A DNA stretch of 64,000 bases. Source: the human T2T-CHM13v2.0 reference genome, Homo sapiens. Where the stretch lies: the NCBI RefSeq assembly GCF_009914755.1, contig NC_060936.1, one strand, 5' to 3'. The notes under the pieces are model-generated. The model was given only the letters and a program-made list of their open reading frames with translations, was not told the DNA's origin and ran no database searches. Numbering within the stretch: position 1 is the stretch's first letter; each line of letters begins with the position of its first letter. The position numbers were made by a program, and so were the translations under genes. Positions 1 through 30,019 of this stretch are shown piece by piece.

Positions 1-10
1 TATGGGACAG

Positions 11-160
11 GGTGTCTACAGGCCAGCAACCCTCTCCAGAGGGGGTAGCCCCGGCGTCTTAGGGGCCTTCGTAACCTGTGGCTGTGAGCTGTGGGGCGGG
101 GTGTCCACGGGCCAGCAACCCTCTCCAGAGGGGATAGCCCCAGCGTCTTCTTAGGGCCTC
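11..160. repeat. Two copies of an ~89-bp tandem unit (array probably continues upstream)
   Basis: ggtgtcYacRggccagcaaccctctccagaggg...agcccc.gcgtctt repeated. Confidence 0.7.
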
Positions 161-1833
161 CCTGGCGCTGGGATCCTGGGATTCCCACACCAAGGCCTAG
201 GCGGGCAGCATCTCCGGCAGGGCCACGGGGTCTCGGCTCCTGCCTCCCTGGGTTTCCAGCTGGAACCACCCTTTTGCTGGGACGGCTTCATCCGGATGTG
301 ATTGGACAGGACAGGCCCTGCCAATGCCGGCAAGGATGGGCCCTACTGCCCTTCAGCAGGCATGGCCTTCACCTGCCTTCAAGTTGGAAGCCTGTTCACA
401 TCAGAGCATCACAGCAAAGCAGGCGCAGATGGGGTGGTGTCGGAAGGGGCGTGCATGGGACGGGCCCCGGTAGGAGAGGCAGCTGGCTTCGCAGACGGTG
501 TCACGCGGGGCTGCTGAATACTCAGCTCACTGCCGCGGCTGCTGCCGCATCTGGACGGACAATGTCCCAGTGAGGGCTGGAGGTGCTAGAAGGGCACAGG
601 AGGCCCCGCACGTGGGGTCTAGTCCAGGTCTGTGCGGCCCAAGCCTCTTTCCATCCTGATCACAGCTCTTACTATATGCAAGGCTGGCTTGGAGATGTGG
701 GAGAGAGGAGGAGAGGTCCCGTGGGGCTGACCCAGGGAGCTGGGAAAGCCGGTGGAGATAGTGCCCGTGGGCTCCCTCTCTCCTGTGTCCTCCGCGCAGC
801 CTCTCTGTGGTCGCTGGGTGGTGGCTGCTGTGGAAGGCCTGGCCCCAGGTGAAGAGTGAAGATGGGGCTGCTTCCTGCTGCCTGTTTTCACCTGGGAGGA
901 ACTCCTTGAGGCCCCAGAAGACCAGGCCCCATGGTCACATGGGGCAGGGACGGCCGCAGCTGTCCCCATGGGCCATGGCTCACTGTCCCAAGGCCTCAGG
1001 AAGGAAGCAGGGTCTGCCGGGGACGTGAACAGGAGGCATGCGGCACGTGGAACGTTGTTTTGTTTCTCCTGCGAAACTGGCCCCCTGACCGTGGCAGCTC
1101 CTGACCCCAGGCAACAGGAGCTCCACCACATGGACGCTGCCCTCTCCTGACTCCTGGGGACTTGATCTGAGACCTGCCCGAAGGGGCCTGAAAAGGAGGG
1201 TTTGGGGTGTGCGGGGGTGGGGGGGGCAGGCCCCAGGGGCTCAGAGGGGCCCACAGGACCTGCGGGGGACGTGCCTAGGTGGGCAGAAGGGTGGCCAGGG
1301 AGCAGGGCTGAGGGTGGCGGGTGACGGGCAGTCACAGTAGGGGGAAGCCTCCCACCCAGTCCCTGCCCAAGTTTCCAGGAAGTGGTCAAGCCTTCCACCA
1401 GGGGGTTCCAGAAAGAAAAGGTGGTTACAGCTGTGGGCGCTGCTGTTGGGGTGGGGCAGACCCATGCCCTGGGCTGAGGGCACATCCAGGGGCCGTGAAC
1501 ATGAGGCCTAGGTACACAGGCCCTAGCTCCCGTGTTCAAATCCAGCTCCCCTCTTGGGCCAAGTCCTTGATGTATCTTGGTTTTGTCTGTTAAATGAGGT
1601 CATAGCAGCCCCTGTCCAGGGACTGACTCTTGCAGGGCCTGTCCTGTCCCTGCCAGTGATGCGTCTTCGGGCAGGTGGGCTACCCACCCCCACCCCTGGC
1701 CACGGCCCAGGCTCCCAAGCCAGCTCCCTCCGCCGGGCGGGGCCTGGAGCCTCGGGTGAGATCCAGCTAGCTGTGTGGCCTCCGTGCCTGCCTCCTCATC
1801 TGAAATGGGGGCATAGCCGGAGCCCAGACATAG

Positions 1834-15950
<14,117 letters not shown>

Positions 15951-16820
15951 TGTTTTCCGAGTTTGGGATTCGGCTGTTGGGAAAAAAAAATCGCGTTTGT
16001 ACCTTTTCCCCCCACAGATGAGAAGTGTTTGTAATGGATTTGTATTTTTCTTAATTTTATGCTCTTTAGACGTTTAAAAGAACCAAAAAAGAAACTTTTG
16101 CTTCTTCGTTTTCGGTTGGGATTTGCAGTTTAATGGCCTCAGATCCTTCTCCAGATCCCCAGGGTTTCTTTGTCTTATTTATGGAGAAAAACCGGTCACT
16201 TTGTCCAGCGCACTGTGAGGCCCCCACTCAGGCCAGCCCTGGCCCCCCCTTGGTACTTGGAACCGAAGTTACAGATTATATTAAAATAATAATGTACAAA
16301 ACTTTGTTTTTTTGCCTTATTATGCAGAAGTGTAATTTCTTTTTTGGTTTGTTTTTTTAAAAGCAAACGAAACGTGTAAATAGTCTGTTGATATAAATAT
16401 ATGACGTTACTAAATTCTTAATCTAGATAGACTTTATAAAAACCGTTTCCAGAAACCCCTCTGGTTGTTTGTCTAACATGGTCACAAAAACCCAGGCGCT
16501 GCTGGCTGTAAACATTATCAGAAGTTTAATGGCAGCAACTTTCCTTCAACTATGCAAGCGCTTCCCGGCGGCTCTGCTGGTTGGGGGAGGAAGGTTCCGC
16601 CAGCGACCTCCCAGCCCCTGGGTCCGTGGAGGGGTTGGGTCCCCCCAGCAGAGCCCCTGGGCCAGCAGAACAGCACTCCTGGGCGGCTCCTGTGGGCTTC
16701 AGGACTGGCCGGCTCCAGCCGCAAGGGCGATGCTGTGGACGTTTGTGTGGATGGTGCAGTGTTCTCGGAATCTGTAGACCAGATCGGTGGAGGTATAGAA
16801 GTGCAAGAGTCTAAAGGCTG

Positions 16821-16824
<4 letters not shown>

Positions 16825-16858
<34 letters not shown>
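16825..16858. repeat. (CA)n microsatellite in the FBRSL1 3'UTR
   Basis: ~17 AC units. Confidence 0.95.
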
Positions 16859-16862
<4 letters not shown>

Positions 16863-18173
16863 CACTGCTGTGTGTTTTCTTCCGCCTGAGGCATCAGCGT
16901 CACCTCGGTGTGGTCGTCGCCTCCCAGGCCCTTGGCCTGGCCTCCTCTCAGTTTGGGTTTTGCCCTCACCCACATGAGCCCCCCCATGCCCTGCCCCCCT
17001 TGCGGCCTTTTGTGTTCCCCGATGTCTGGGCTGTGTCCCTGCCGGGATTCCCAGCCTTCGGGGTCAGCCGTCGAGCCACTTGCTTTGCTCAGTTCTGTGT
17101 TTCAGCCACATTTCCACGGTGGACCCTGTTTGTTTTAAATATTCTGTTCCCATGTCAATCAGTGACGATAAATACAGCCTTGATTTGGATGAAACTGTGG
17201 TCGCGTGTTCTGTGGTGTTGGGGGGCCAGGCTCACCCAGGCTGACCCCTGCAGCCGTGCGTCCCTCCTGCAGCACCTTGGGATGCTGGGCGCCTCGGCGG
17301 CCCCACGCTGTCCGGTGCCATCGCCCCGGAAGTGAAGCACAGCAGGTCCCAGCTTCCCAGCCCTGCTGCCACCCCGGCTCTGCCCAGCCCCCTCCCCCAG
17401 TGCCACCTCTCCCGGTGGAAACCCCAGCTCCTGGCTCTGCCGGATGCCCCATTGTGCTCCTTCGTTCTTGGGGGTGTCACGCGGCCTCCCGTCGTCCCAC
17501 CCCCAGCGACCCCGCTGGCCGCCTTCCCTCACATCCACGGGGTTTTCTGCATAGAAGGTGCTCTTAGTTCCCGCCTTTGTGCCAGAGAGTTCTGGCCCCG
17601 CAGGGACTTGTGGGATTGGCTTTGCCCTGGCTGTGCCCGAAGGAACAGGAGCTCAGAGGGCAGGAGCCAGGTGCAGAGGTGGCAGCCCCCACCCTCCAGT
17701 GCAGTGAGCGCCAGGCCCACCTGCCTTGAGTGATGGTCAGGAAAGCTCCAGGTGCACACCTGGCCTTGACCTGAGTGTCACCCCCACCCTGTCCCTGCCA
17801 ATTCACTCCTCACTAAGGGGCCCCAGGGCTGCAACCTAAGAAGGAGGCCTCGTGGGCCCACCGCGCGCCCAGCAAGGAGTGCCCTGCGTCCCACAAGACC
17901 CTTCCAGGCTGGCAGGAGGGGCAGGTCCCAATCCACGCCCCACCAGGTCATTGTCTGGGGCCTGGACCATCTGCCATGTGGGGCTTCTATATAAGGGTTT
18001 GCTTCCTATGGAGTCAGCCCCACCACCCTGCAGGCCTGTGTGTCCCAACTTGGGCTTCAGCCTTTACGGTGAGCTGCCACTTAGCGATGGGGAGACACTG
18101 GGAAATGTGTCATGCGATTTTGCCACTGTGTGAATATCACAGCGCGTGGCACACACCTGGATGGGGCAGCCTA

Positions 18174-18568
<395 letters not shown>

Positions 18569-18809
18569 CTAATCTTCTAGGGCCACCCCTGCCTATGCAG
18601 CCTGCCCTTTCCCACAGCGCGGCTGGACGGCACATGGCTATGCTTCACGTCCCCTTGTCTTGGTTATTCCAACCTATGCATCTAATCTTCAGGAAGACCC
18701 CAGGAATGCATATTCTGCCCTGAGTGAGCTGATTGTGTTAGTCACCCACACAGGCCTGCTCTGCCCTGGGGCTGGTCTGACCCAAAGCCCCAAGGCCCCT
18801 GCAGGGCAG

Positions 18810-18935
18810 CCCAGCAGCGAGTAGGAGGCAAGGCCAGGACCCAGCGGCGAGGAGGAGGCAGGGCCAGGGCCCAGCGGCGAGGAGGAGGCAGGGCCAGGGC
18901 CCAGCGGCGAGGAGGAGGCAGGGCCAGGGCCCAGC
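18810..18935. repeat. 30-bp VNTR, ~4 copies
   Basis: cccagcggcgaggaggaggcagggccaggg. Confidence 0.9.
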
Positions 18936-18974
18936 CCTGTGGCCCCAGAGATCTGGGAACATACCTGTAAAGCG

Positions 18975-19565
18975 CAGCTGGAAGGTGGTCAGCAGTGCGG
19001 CTGGAGGGAGGGCGGCAGTGCGGCTGGAGGGAGGGCAGCAGCTGGAGGGTGGACGGCAGTGCGGCTGGAGGGAGGACGGCAGCTGGAGGGTGGACGGCAG
19101 TGCGGCTGGAGGGAGGGCAGCAGTGCGGCTGGAGGGAGGGCGGCAGTGCAGCTGGAGGGAGGGCGGCAGTGCAGCTGGAGGGTGGACGGCAGTGCGGCTG
19201 GAGGGTGGACGGCAGTGCGGCTGGAGGGAGGACTGCAGTGTGGCTGGAGGACGGCAGTGCAGCTGGAGGGAGGGTGGCAGTGCGGCTGGAGGGAGGGCGG
19301 CAGTGCGGCTGGAGGGTAGAGAGCAGTGTGGCTGGAGGGAGGACAGCAGTGTGACTGGAGGGAGGGCAGCAGCTGGAGGGTGGACAGCAGTGCAGCTGGA
19401 GGGAGGACGGCAGTGCAGCTGGAGGGAGGGTGGCAGTGCAGCTGGAGGGAGGACGGCAGTGCAGCTGAAGGGAGGACGGCAGTGCGGCTGGAGGGAGGAC
19501 GGCAGTGCGGCTGGAGGGAGGACGGCAGTGCAGCTGGAGGGTGGGCAGCTGGAGGGTGGGCAGCA
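18975..19565. repeat. G-rich minisatellite, ~23-bp variable unit
   Basis: cggcagtgcRgctggagggaggR and variants. Confidence 0.95.
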
Positions 19566-19829
19566 CTCCAGGGCCATCCGCTGGCCAGAACTACCTGCGA
19601 GCCCAGGGATGCCATGTGAAGGAGTGAAATGGTGAAATGTCCGCCTTTAAGTCAAAGCACACAGCCTGCATTGAGGCACAGAGAAGGGGGGAGGGGACCC
19701 CATCCAGGCAGTCCCTCTGGGCTGCCTTCCAATGTAGGGCCAGCCCTGGCACTGAGGCAGCCATCCCTCCCCAGGCATCATCCTTGAGGGGAGTAATCTC
19801 TGATGGTGCAGAATCCAAGGTAGACTTCT

Positions 19830-20150
19830 TCCCAGGAGCACTCTGTGGGGGGTACACTCCTGGGAGCACTCTGTGATAAGAGTACCTTCTTGGGAGCATT
19901 CGTGAGGGAGCACCCTCCTGGGAGCACTCTGTGAGGAGGGGCACCTTCCTGGGAGCACTCTGTGAGGGAGCACCCTCCTGGGAGCACTCTGTGAGGGAGC
20001 ACCCTCCTGGGAGCACTCTGTGAGGAGGGGCACCTTCCTGGGAGTACTCTGTGAGGGAGCACCCTCCTGGGAGCACTCTGTGAGGAGGAGCCCCTTCCCG
20101 GGAGCATTCTGTGAGGGTACACGCTCCTGGAAACACTGTGAGGGGGCACA
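19830..20150. repeat. 29-31-bp minisatellite, ~10 copies
   Basis: gggagcactctgtgagggagcaccctcct. Confidence 0.93.
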
Positions 20151-22281
20151 CAGCTCAGAAGGTCAGCAGTCCAAGCAACCCACCCCCTGGCCCTGGAGGA
20201 TTTTGGTCAGGCTATTTCCATCTCACCTGGTAACTTAGAACTTGGGCTAAGTTACCCTCCTGTAAAACTTGGAACCTGGGTAACTTAGAACTTGGGTAAG
20301 ACTGACCCTGCTGTAAAAATCAGGAGTTGAAATTCTACTTTATTTCAACAAGACCTGAAAGATGCGGTCAGGCAAATGGAAGTACATCTGATGTTGACAG
20401 AAAAATAAAGGTTTTAATATATGTTTTAACATTCTATCCTTCATAGAATAGATACAGGGTTTTAAAAACACTCAACCTGGGTGACATTTGTCAAGCAGCT
20501 GCAGTGACTCCTGGCCAGCCCAGGAGAGAGAGGAACAGCATCAAAGTCCATTCTGTTACTACGAGACTCAGGGCCTGGCACGCAACAGGGGCCAGGTGTG
20601 TCCTGGACGGGCAAAGGCACCGAAGAAGGAGGAAGCCTCCCAGACGCCCTGCTGGGCTCCTCCTGGCAATGCCTGGACCCCTCACCAGCAAGGGAGTGGA
20701 GTCCCAGGACAGGCATGGACCCTGGAATGCCCTGGGTGTCCAAACTAGCCTGTTCTCCGTGCCTTGTCCTCAGGTGGCCACCTCTGTGTCGGGGCTTCCC
20801 CTGCTCTCTCGTGAGGACTAGTCTGCGTTTACACTCTACCTGGGTAATCCAGGAAAGCTGCACAGCCTCCACATCCTTACTTTAATCACATTTGCTCAGA
20901 CGTGGCCTTCTAGGTGACGTACTCGCAGGTTCCAGAGATCGTGCCATGGAGATCTTCCTACCACTGACGGGAACCTGGAATTCAAGGATCTTGACGCAGG
21001 CTGTAAGTATTCACAGCTGACAACGCTGAGTTCTCTGCAGCGTCGGCTGGGATCCTATCCACAGCCCAAGGGCACATGGCGCTGCTGGGAGAGGCCAGTG
21101 GCCAGTGCTCTTGTGTCCAACAGGCTCTACACGCTGGGGAAGGCCCAGAGAGAAAGGAGTGTGCCTGCAAGTACAGGATCTATGACCACGACGCTGTCAA
21201 CACACAGGGTTTTCCCACAGGACACGTGTTCTGGAGGCAGAGGTTCAGGAGGTGCTGCAGGAGCTTGAGTCAGGCCTGGCATTTCTGTGATTCTCTTGGC
21301 CTTTCCTTGCTCATTGCCTCATAGTTATGAAATAGCTGCTGTAGCTCCAGGCATTACATCCACCTGCCAAGGAGAGAGATCAGTGAAGGGGAGATGGTGA
21401 GTGCCAACCTTGTCTGGAAAGACAGGGCCTCCCCAGGGTTCCCCCTCACCACCAGAGGGTCTCTGCTGAGGTGTCATCGGCTGACACTGGGGGGCCTGCA
21501 CCCCTCGTCAACAGGGCAGGGGAGGTGGGCCGCACCTGGCCTGCTGGCTAAGGGCCCAGGTTCTTGGTGGGAGCTGGACTAACCCAGGGGCCTTTGGGAA
21601 ACCTGAAGGTCATTTTACATCCGGCATCCGCACACCTGAGACCTTCATGGACTTCAAATCCACAACATTTTACTATAAATTATTTTTATTTTTCTGTTAT
21701 ACCACAGTTTGGGGCTTATATATTTGGGGGCCTTAGATATTTTTTCCCTAAAATTATATGTGAAGCTTTTAAGAACTGAATTTCATTTCTAGATAGAAAA
21801 GAAAGCATCATAAAATATTTACCATGAAGGCTTCAGACCGACTGCCTCACACTGACCCCAATTCCTTCCTTCCTGGGTGGTCTCGGGGCTGCTCGGAGCT
21901 GAACAGGGTCCCCTTCGACAGGGTTCGGGGGGATGGATGTGGCCTTGCTGAACACAGCAGCAAACAGGAAAAGAGGCCTCATGGAAACAGCTGAGCCCGT
22001 GTGGCCCCCTGGAAACCTCACCCCAGCCCCACGAGAGGCTCAGCATCCAGCCGCCAGGCCGGAGGGTTCTGGGGGCAGGGAGGGTCAGAACCACATCTCG
22101 TAATCCTGCAGCGGCTTGCGGCTGAGGATTGTGACCGCCTGTCCCCCCACCCTGCCACTAGGGAGGCCACCAGGACACGGCTGCCTCCTAGTCAGGAAGA
22201 GGCTCGAGGGCTGAGTTGACCAAGCAGGGGCCAGGTGTCTGCACCTGGGCGGCCCAGAGGCTGCATGGTCCCTGGGCCTGA

Positions 22282-22856
<575 letters not shown>

Positions 22857-23970
22857 TAGATTTTAGAAAAAGAAATTATAGGACTGATGCATGCTCCTTG
22901 TCACAAGCAAAAGAATCCATGAGTGATCAGGAAAGCAGCCGCTCCCTCTGGGGACACTACCTGTGCTCTGGAACCGTCCGAGGGAGCTGGACTCCTCATG
23001 CTCCAGGAAGAACCGCGGGTGCTCCATGATGCCAGCCCCTGTGGCTGTGTCCGGTTCGTGGATTAAGTCTTGTCTATCAAACTGCACCTTCTGGGACAAA
23101 CATTTTTTGTGGGATTTGATTCTCCAACGTGGAACTGTGGGTTCAGAAACGGTGCTTATCTGTAACTTGTATTTGTTATTTTAAAAATTTCAGCTTGAAA
23201 AGTTGCAAGCGCCGTTCACATAACTCTTTCCTGACCTCAGAGCGAGCTGGTAACCCTCCACCTTCGCTCTCGGCACCTTCTGTCCGTTCCGGCAGGCAGG
23301 CTGTCCGTCCCAGTCCACACCGCAGCCCCCCAGCATCAACGAGCAGCACAGCTCCCTGCCTGGTGCAGGGCCTCAGCATTCACGCTGCTTCCTCCTGGGA
23401 GAGCCCGCCCCGCCTCTCAGGGACTCTCACAACCTTGGTGCGCAGAAGGTTCTGGACCGCAATTCGGGGACGCCCTCACTGGCTTTCTCCGGAGCGTGGG
23501 CATTGGAGTGGAAATACGTAGAATTGCTGGGGATCCTCGAAGCCGCCGGCAGCGCCCGATGCCAGCTTGTCCCATCAGGCGTTGGTCCCGACCTGCACTC
23601 AGCCACCTGTCCCCGGTTTTGTAATTGAGCATTGAGGGGAAGATGCCTGAACCCATATGAAACCTCTTTCCCCTCAAACGTTCCCTGCACGCATCAATTA
23701 CATCAGCGCAGCTGGGCCTTCCCCTGAGCGTGATGTCCAGGGGCGAGGCCAGTGGCTTCCTGCGCGTGCCCGTCCCCACTCACAGCCCCTGACCTCCGGG
23801 GCCCCCACGCACCAGGCGCTCCCTGCCCGGCCCCATCTCCCGGAGCCCTGGAGGCTCAGCCTGGGTGTCGTGTGTGCCTCGTGCTCTTGGGAAAGTTACC
23901 TGTGTTTCTTCACATCTATATTTATTTACTTCCAAAACCACCAAGGTGTGTTGAAAACCCTGGAATTCCA

Positions 23971-24382
<412 letters not shown>

Positions 24383-25084
24383 CTACTCCTCACCTGAGCC
24401 CAGCACCCACCCGGGGCCGCCCACCCGGCACAGCGCCTGCCCTCTGCTCGGCCCCGGCCACCCCAAGCCGGCGCAGGGTCCATGCTGTACTCCCAACCCC
24501 TGGCTCCCCACGGCCCGTGAGGATGCTCAGCCTCATGCAAAGGTCTCAGGACGAAATTGTCCAGGAAGGGAAGGCGAGCGGGAGGAAGGGGGCGGGCAGA
24601 CAAGCTGTGCGGCCTCTTCTCGCCTCTCCTGGCTGCGCCCTCAGGTCCCCGATTCGAGCTTCCTGCCCCCACTGCCTGCATCCTACCGGCGCCTGACTGC
24701 ACTTAGGGCCTCCTGGAAGTGCAGACTCGCCTCTCCATCTCAAGATCCTTAACTTACTTACACCTGCGAAGCTCCTGTTACCACATGTGGCAGCACTCCC
24801 AGGTTCCACGGCGGGGATGCGTCTCCGTGCCGTCGCTCAGCCGACCACGCAGCCCTCCCGGACCCTTCCTGTCTTGGATGCGGCTGAGATTTCTGGAGCA
24901 CAGCAGCCGTCCTGCAGCTGCAGCGAGTATTTAGAGTTCATAGCACAAGCCTGCCCCTATTTAAGTTGCAGAAATAACACATTTATCTCCAGGATTTGCC
25001 CCAACCCTTGCTCATCTCCAGGCCTCAGCCTTCCTGACACAATTCCACCTCCCTGGTACAGATGCTCGTGGCTCCTCAAGACAC

Positions 25085-25620
25085 ATTTTAAATCTTTTTT
25101 CTTTATTGAGCTGAAATTCACATCACATAAAATGAACCGTTTTAAAGCGTACAATTCGGTAGCATTTAGTCCATTTGCGATGTTGAGTGACCCTCACTCC
25201 CGTCTGGTTCCAAACGCTCTCCACCTGGAAGAGAACTCCCTCCCCGTGAGCATCTCTCCCACCGCCGCCCTGGCAACCCGGGCCTCCTCCCGCCTCCGGA
25301 CCCGCCTGTTCTGGGCCTGCATAGAAACGGAAGCTCACAGTCGGGGCTGTGTGTCTGGCTTCTGTCCCCCATCGCCATTCTCCAGGCTCACCCCCTGCAG
25401 CCGTGCGGGCCTCATTCTTTTCCTGGTGGAATCCTGTTCCCTGGTGTGGAGGGCCACGCTGGGCTTATCTGTCGATCGTTTGTGGACACCTGAGCAGCTA
25501 TGAAGAGTCTGCTTTGAACATCTGTGGACAACAATTTGTGTGACGCCTGTTTCCGATTCTCTTGGGTTTGTCCCAGGAGTGACCTTTGGGGTCAGATGTC
25601 CAAGTTCACAGTCACACTCG
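25085..25620 (-). mobile_element. Decayed L1 3'-end fragment (L1M type)
   Basis: ctttattgag..aaattcacat..cataaaat..accgttttaaagcgtacaatt pattern typical of L1M 3'UTR in antisense. Confidence 0.6.
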
Positions 25621-26082
25621 AGCCGTGACCTCGGCCGGGGCCTTGCCAGGTCCAGTCCTGGCCTCAAGATGCCCCTTCAGGGTCAGCCCGCAGCCAGGGG
25701 TCCCAGAGCAGGCAAGGGCTTGAGGAGGGCCTCCCGGGGCTGGGGCACCTGCCTTTCAGGTGAAATATCAGACTGTTCAACCCAGACCATACCAATGGCA
25801 CCCGCGCGGAGTGCAGTCACCAGGGAACCGCCCTGCGGCGATGGCCCCGGCGGGGAGAGGGTGGGTGACGTGCGCTGCGGAGCATCTGCCCTGGTGGAGG
25901 TGCAGCCCCACTCAAAAAGGTTCACCGTGTGAGTTAAAGATGTTTACTGTGAACCCTGAAGCAACCACTAAAACAACAAAACAAAATTCTGGCTCATAAG
26001 CCAACAACTGCAATCAAACAGGATCATCAAACAGAATCCAAGGAAGGAAGAGGAAATGGGAAAGGGAGAGCCGGTGACAGCA

Positions 26083-26270
26083 GCGGGAGCAGAGAGCAGG
26101 ACGGCGGGCGTGGCCTCTGCACAGTGAGACCAATGGGAGCAGAGAACAGGATGGCAGGCGTGGCCTCTGCATAGTGAGACCAAAGGGAGCAGAGAACAGG
26201 AAGGTGGGCGTGGCAACTGCACACTGAGACCAATGGGAACAGAGCAGGACAGCAGGCGTGGCCTCCACGC
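26083..26270. repeat. ~50-bp tandem repeat, 3-4 copies
   Basis: gggagcagagaacagg..ggcRggcgtggcctctgca.agtgagaccaa. Confidence 0.8.
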
Positions 26271-26473
26271 AGCCACAGCCACACCTGAGCAAGTGGTCAG
26301 ACAGCCCCAGTTAAGAGCAGAGATTGCCAGGGAGGGTAGGACAGCAAAACCCAACGCTAAACTGCTCATGAGAAATGCACTTTAGATATGGACACCAATA
26401 AGTCAAAAGGACAGGAAAAGCTATGCCATGCAAACAAAAATTTTTAAAACCTGCAGTGACTATGTCAATATCA

Positions 26474-27685
<1,212 letters not shown>

Positions 27686-28645
27686 TCACCCCATGAACTC
27701 GACAATTAGCTTGTCAAATTGTGTTAAATTTTTTAGCTGTGACCTTTATGTTGGGATAGCACTGGATTTATAAGTGAATTTGGGGGAGAATCGATGTGGA
27801 TCTGAAACACCACACAGCTCTCAGGGCTGATTCCGTTTCCTCTTTCGTCATCTGGTGAAGGTTTTGATTTTCCTCATCTAAGTCTCGGAGCTCCTGGTGA
27901 GTTTACTTCCAGGTGTTCAAGCTTTGACGACGGTGGTGAGTTGTCGCGGGCCACTGTGGCCCGGGTGACTGGACGTTTTCTGTTTGTATCTTGCTCCCTG
28001 GCTATGGCAGATGCTCCACTTGCCAGGTATACTCAGCTCCCCACACCGCGAGCACACGCAGGACTGTGCGTCCAGCCCTCATGGCTGTTCTGGTTACAGG
28101 CCCGTTGGGGAGCGAGCGCTGCCTTGGGCCCGGAGCACTCAGCGCTGGCATCATCCTCTCCAGAGCCTCTCGTGTTCTCTGACACAGCAGCCAGGAATGT
28201 TTCCAAGGGTGACATTCCAAGGATATCTCCAGCAGCCTGGCTCTCGGTGAGGAAGATAGAGCAGGGCGCCCGAGGGGCACACGTTGGACGGCAAGGGCGC
28301 GTGGCTGTCCCAACCCTGGGAGCAGGGCTGCTCCTCAAGGCAGCATGGCCTCACCTGCCCTTGCTGACAGGCCGGCTGACCCCTCTGACGCCTTCCAGCA
28401 GCGTTTCCAGTGCTTTTCTTTCTTCCCAGGAAGATACTGGGCCAGCGCCATCAGGGGTGGCTCATCGGTCGTCGTGGTGGTCTCACGTGTCTCCTGTGCT
28501 TTTTGACGCCAGCTGGGACTTCCCGGTCACGGTGAGTAGGACGGGCAGCGGGCATGACTTTCCTTGCTCCTGTCTTTGGTGGGGACGTTCCTAATGCTTC
28601 CAGGAAAGTATGATGCTTGCTGTAGGTGTATGCGGAAGAGTTTAA

Positions 28646-29303
<658 letters not shown>

Positions 29304-29457
29304 CTGTTTATAATTTTTAAATCTTCCTTTTTTCTGTGGCTTTTTTACCTGTCACATTTCTAATGCTGATTGCTATTTCTTTTGTCAATTCAACGCTTGT
29401 CTACCTTGTTCTATTTGGTGAAAAACAAATTTGGGGTTTTCTCTTCTTCTCCCCCCA

Positions 29458-29982
29458 CTCTCTCTGTCTCTCTCTTTGTGTCTCTGTCCTTGTATGTCTC
29501 TGTCTCTGTGTCTCTTTGTGTGTCTCTGTCTCTATGTCTCTTTGTGTGTCTCTGTCTCTATGTCTCTTTGTGTGTCTCTGTCTCTGTCCTCTGTCTCTGC
29601 GTGTCTCTGTGTCTCTGTCTCTGTGTCTCTCTGTCTCTGTGTATCTCTGTCTCCATGTGTCTGTCTCTGTGTCTCTCCTTCTCTCTGTGTCCCTGTGTCT
29701 CTCCTTGTCTCTGTGTGTCCCTGTCTCTGTGTCTCTTTGTCTCTGTCTCTCCTTCTGTCTCTGTGTATCTCTGTCTCTCTGTCTCTGTGTCTCTTCTGTC
29801 TCTGTCTCTCCATCTCTGTCTCTGTGTATCTCTGTCTCTGTCTTTGTGTGTCTCTGTCTCTCCTTCTCTGACTGTCTCTCCTTCTCTGTCTCTGCCTCTC
29901 CTTCTCTGTCTCTGTGTCTCTCCTTCTCTCTGTGTATCTCTCTGTGTCTCTGTCTCTGTGTCTCTCCTTCTCTGTCTCTGTC
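29458..29982. repeat. (TC/TG)-rich low-complexity tract (TCTCTG-like)
   Basis: Direct inspection. Confidence 0.95.
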
Positions 29983-30019
29983 CATCCTGCCATCGCACCG
30001 TCTACTGAAGTGCTCACTA

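Noticed and set aside
18738-20151. Repetitive ORFs of 120-280 aa
   Set aside because: They are translations of minisatellites, open in several frames, with no splice or homology support.
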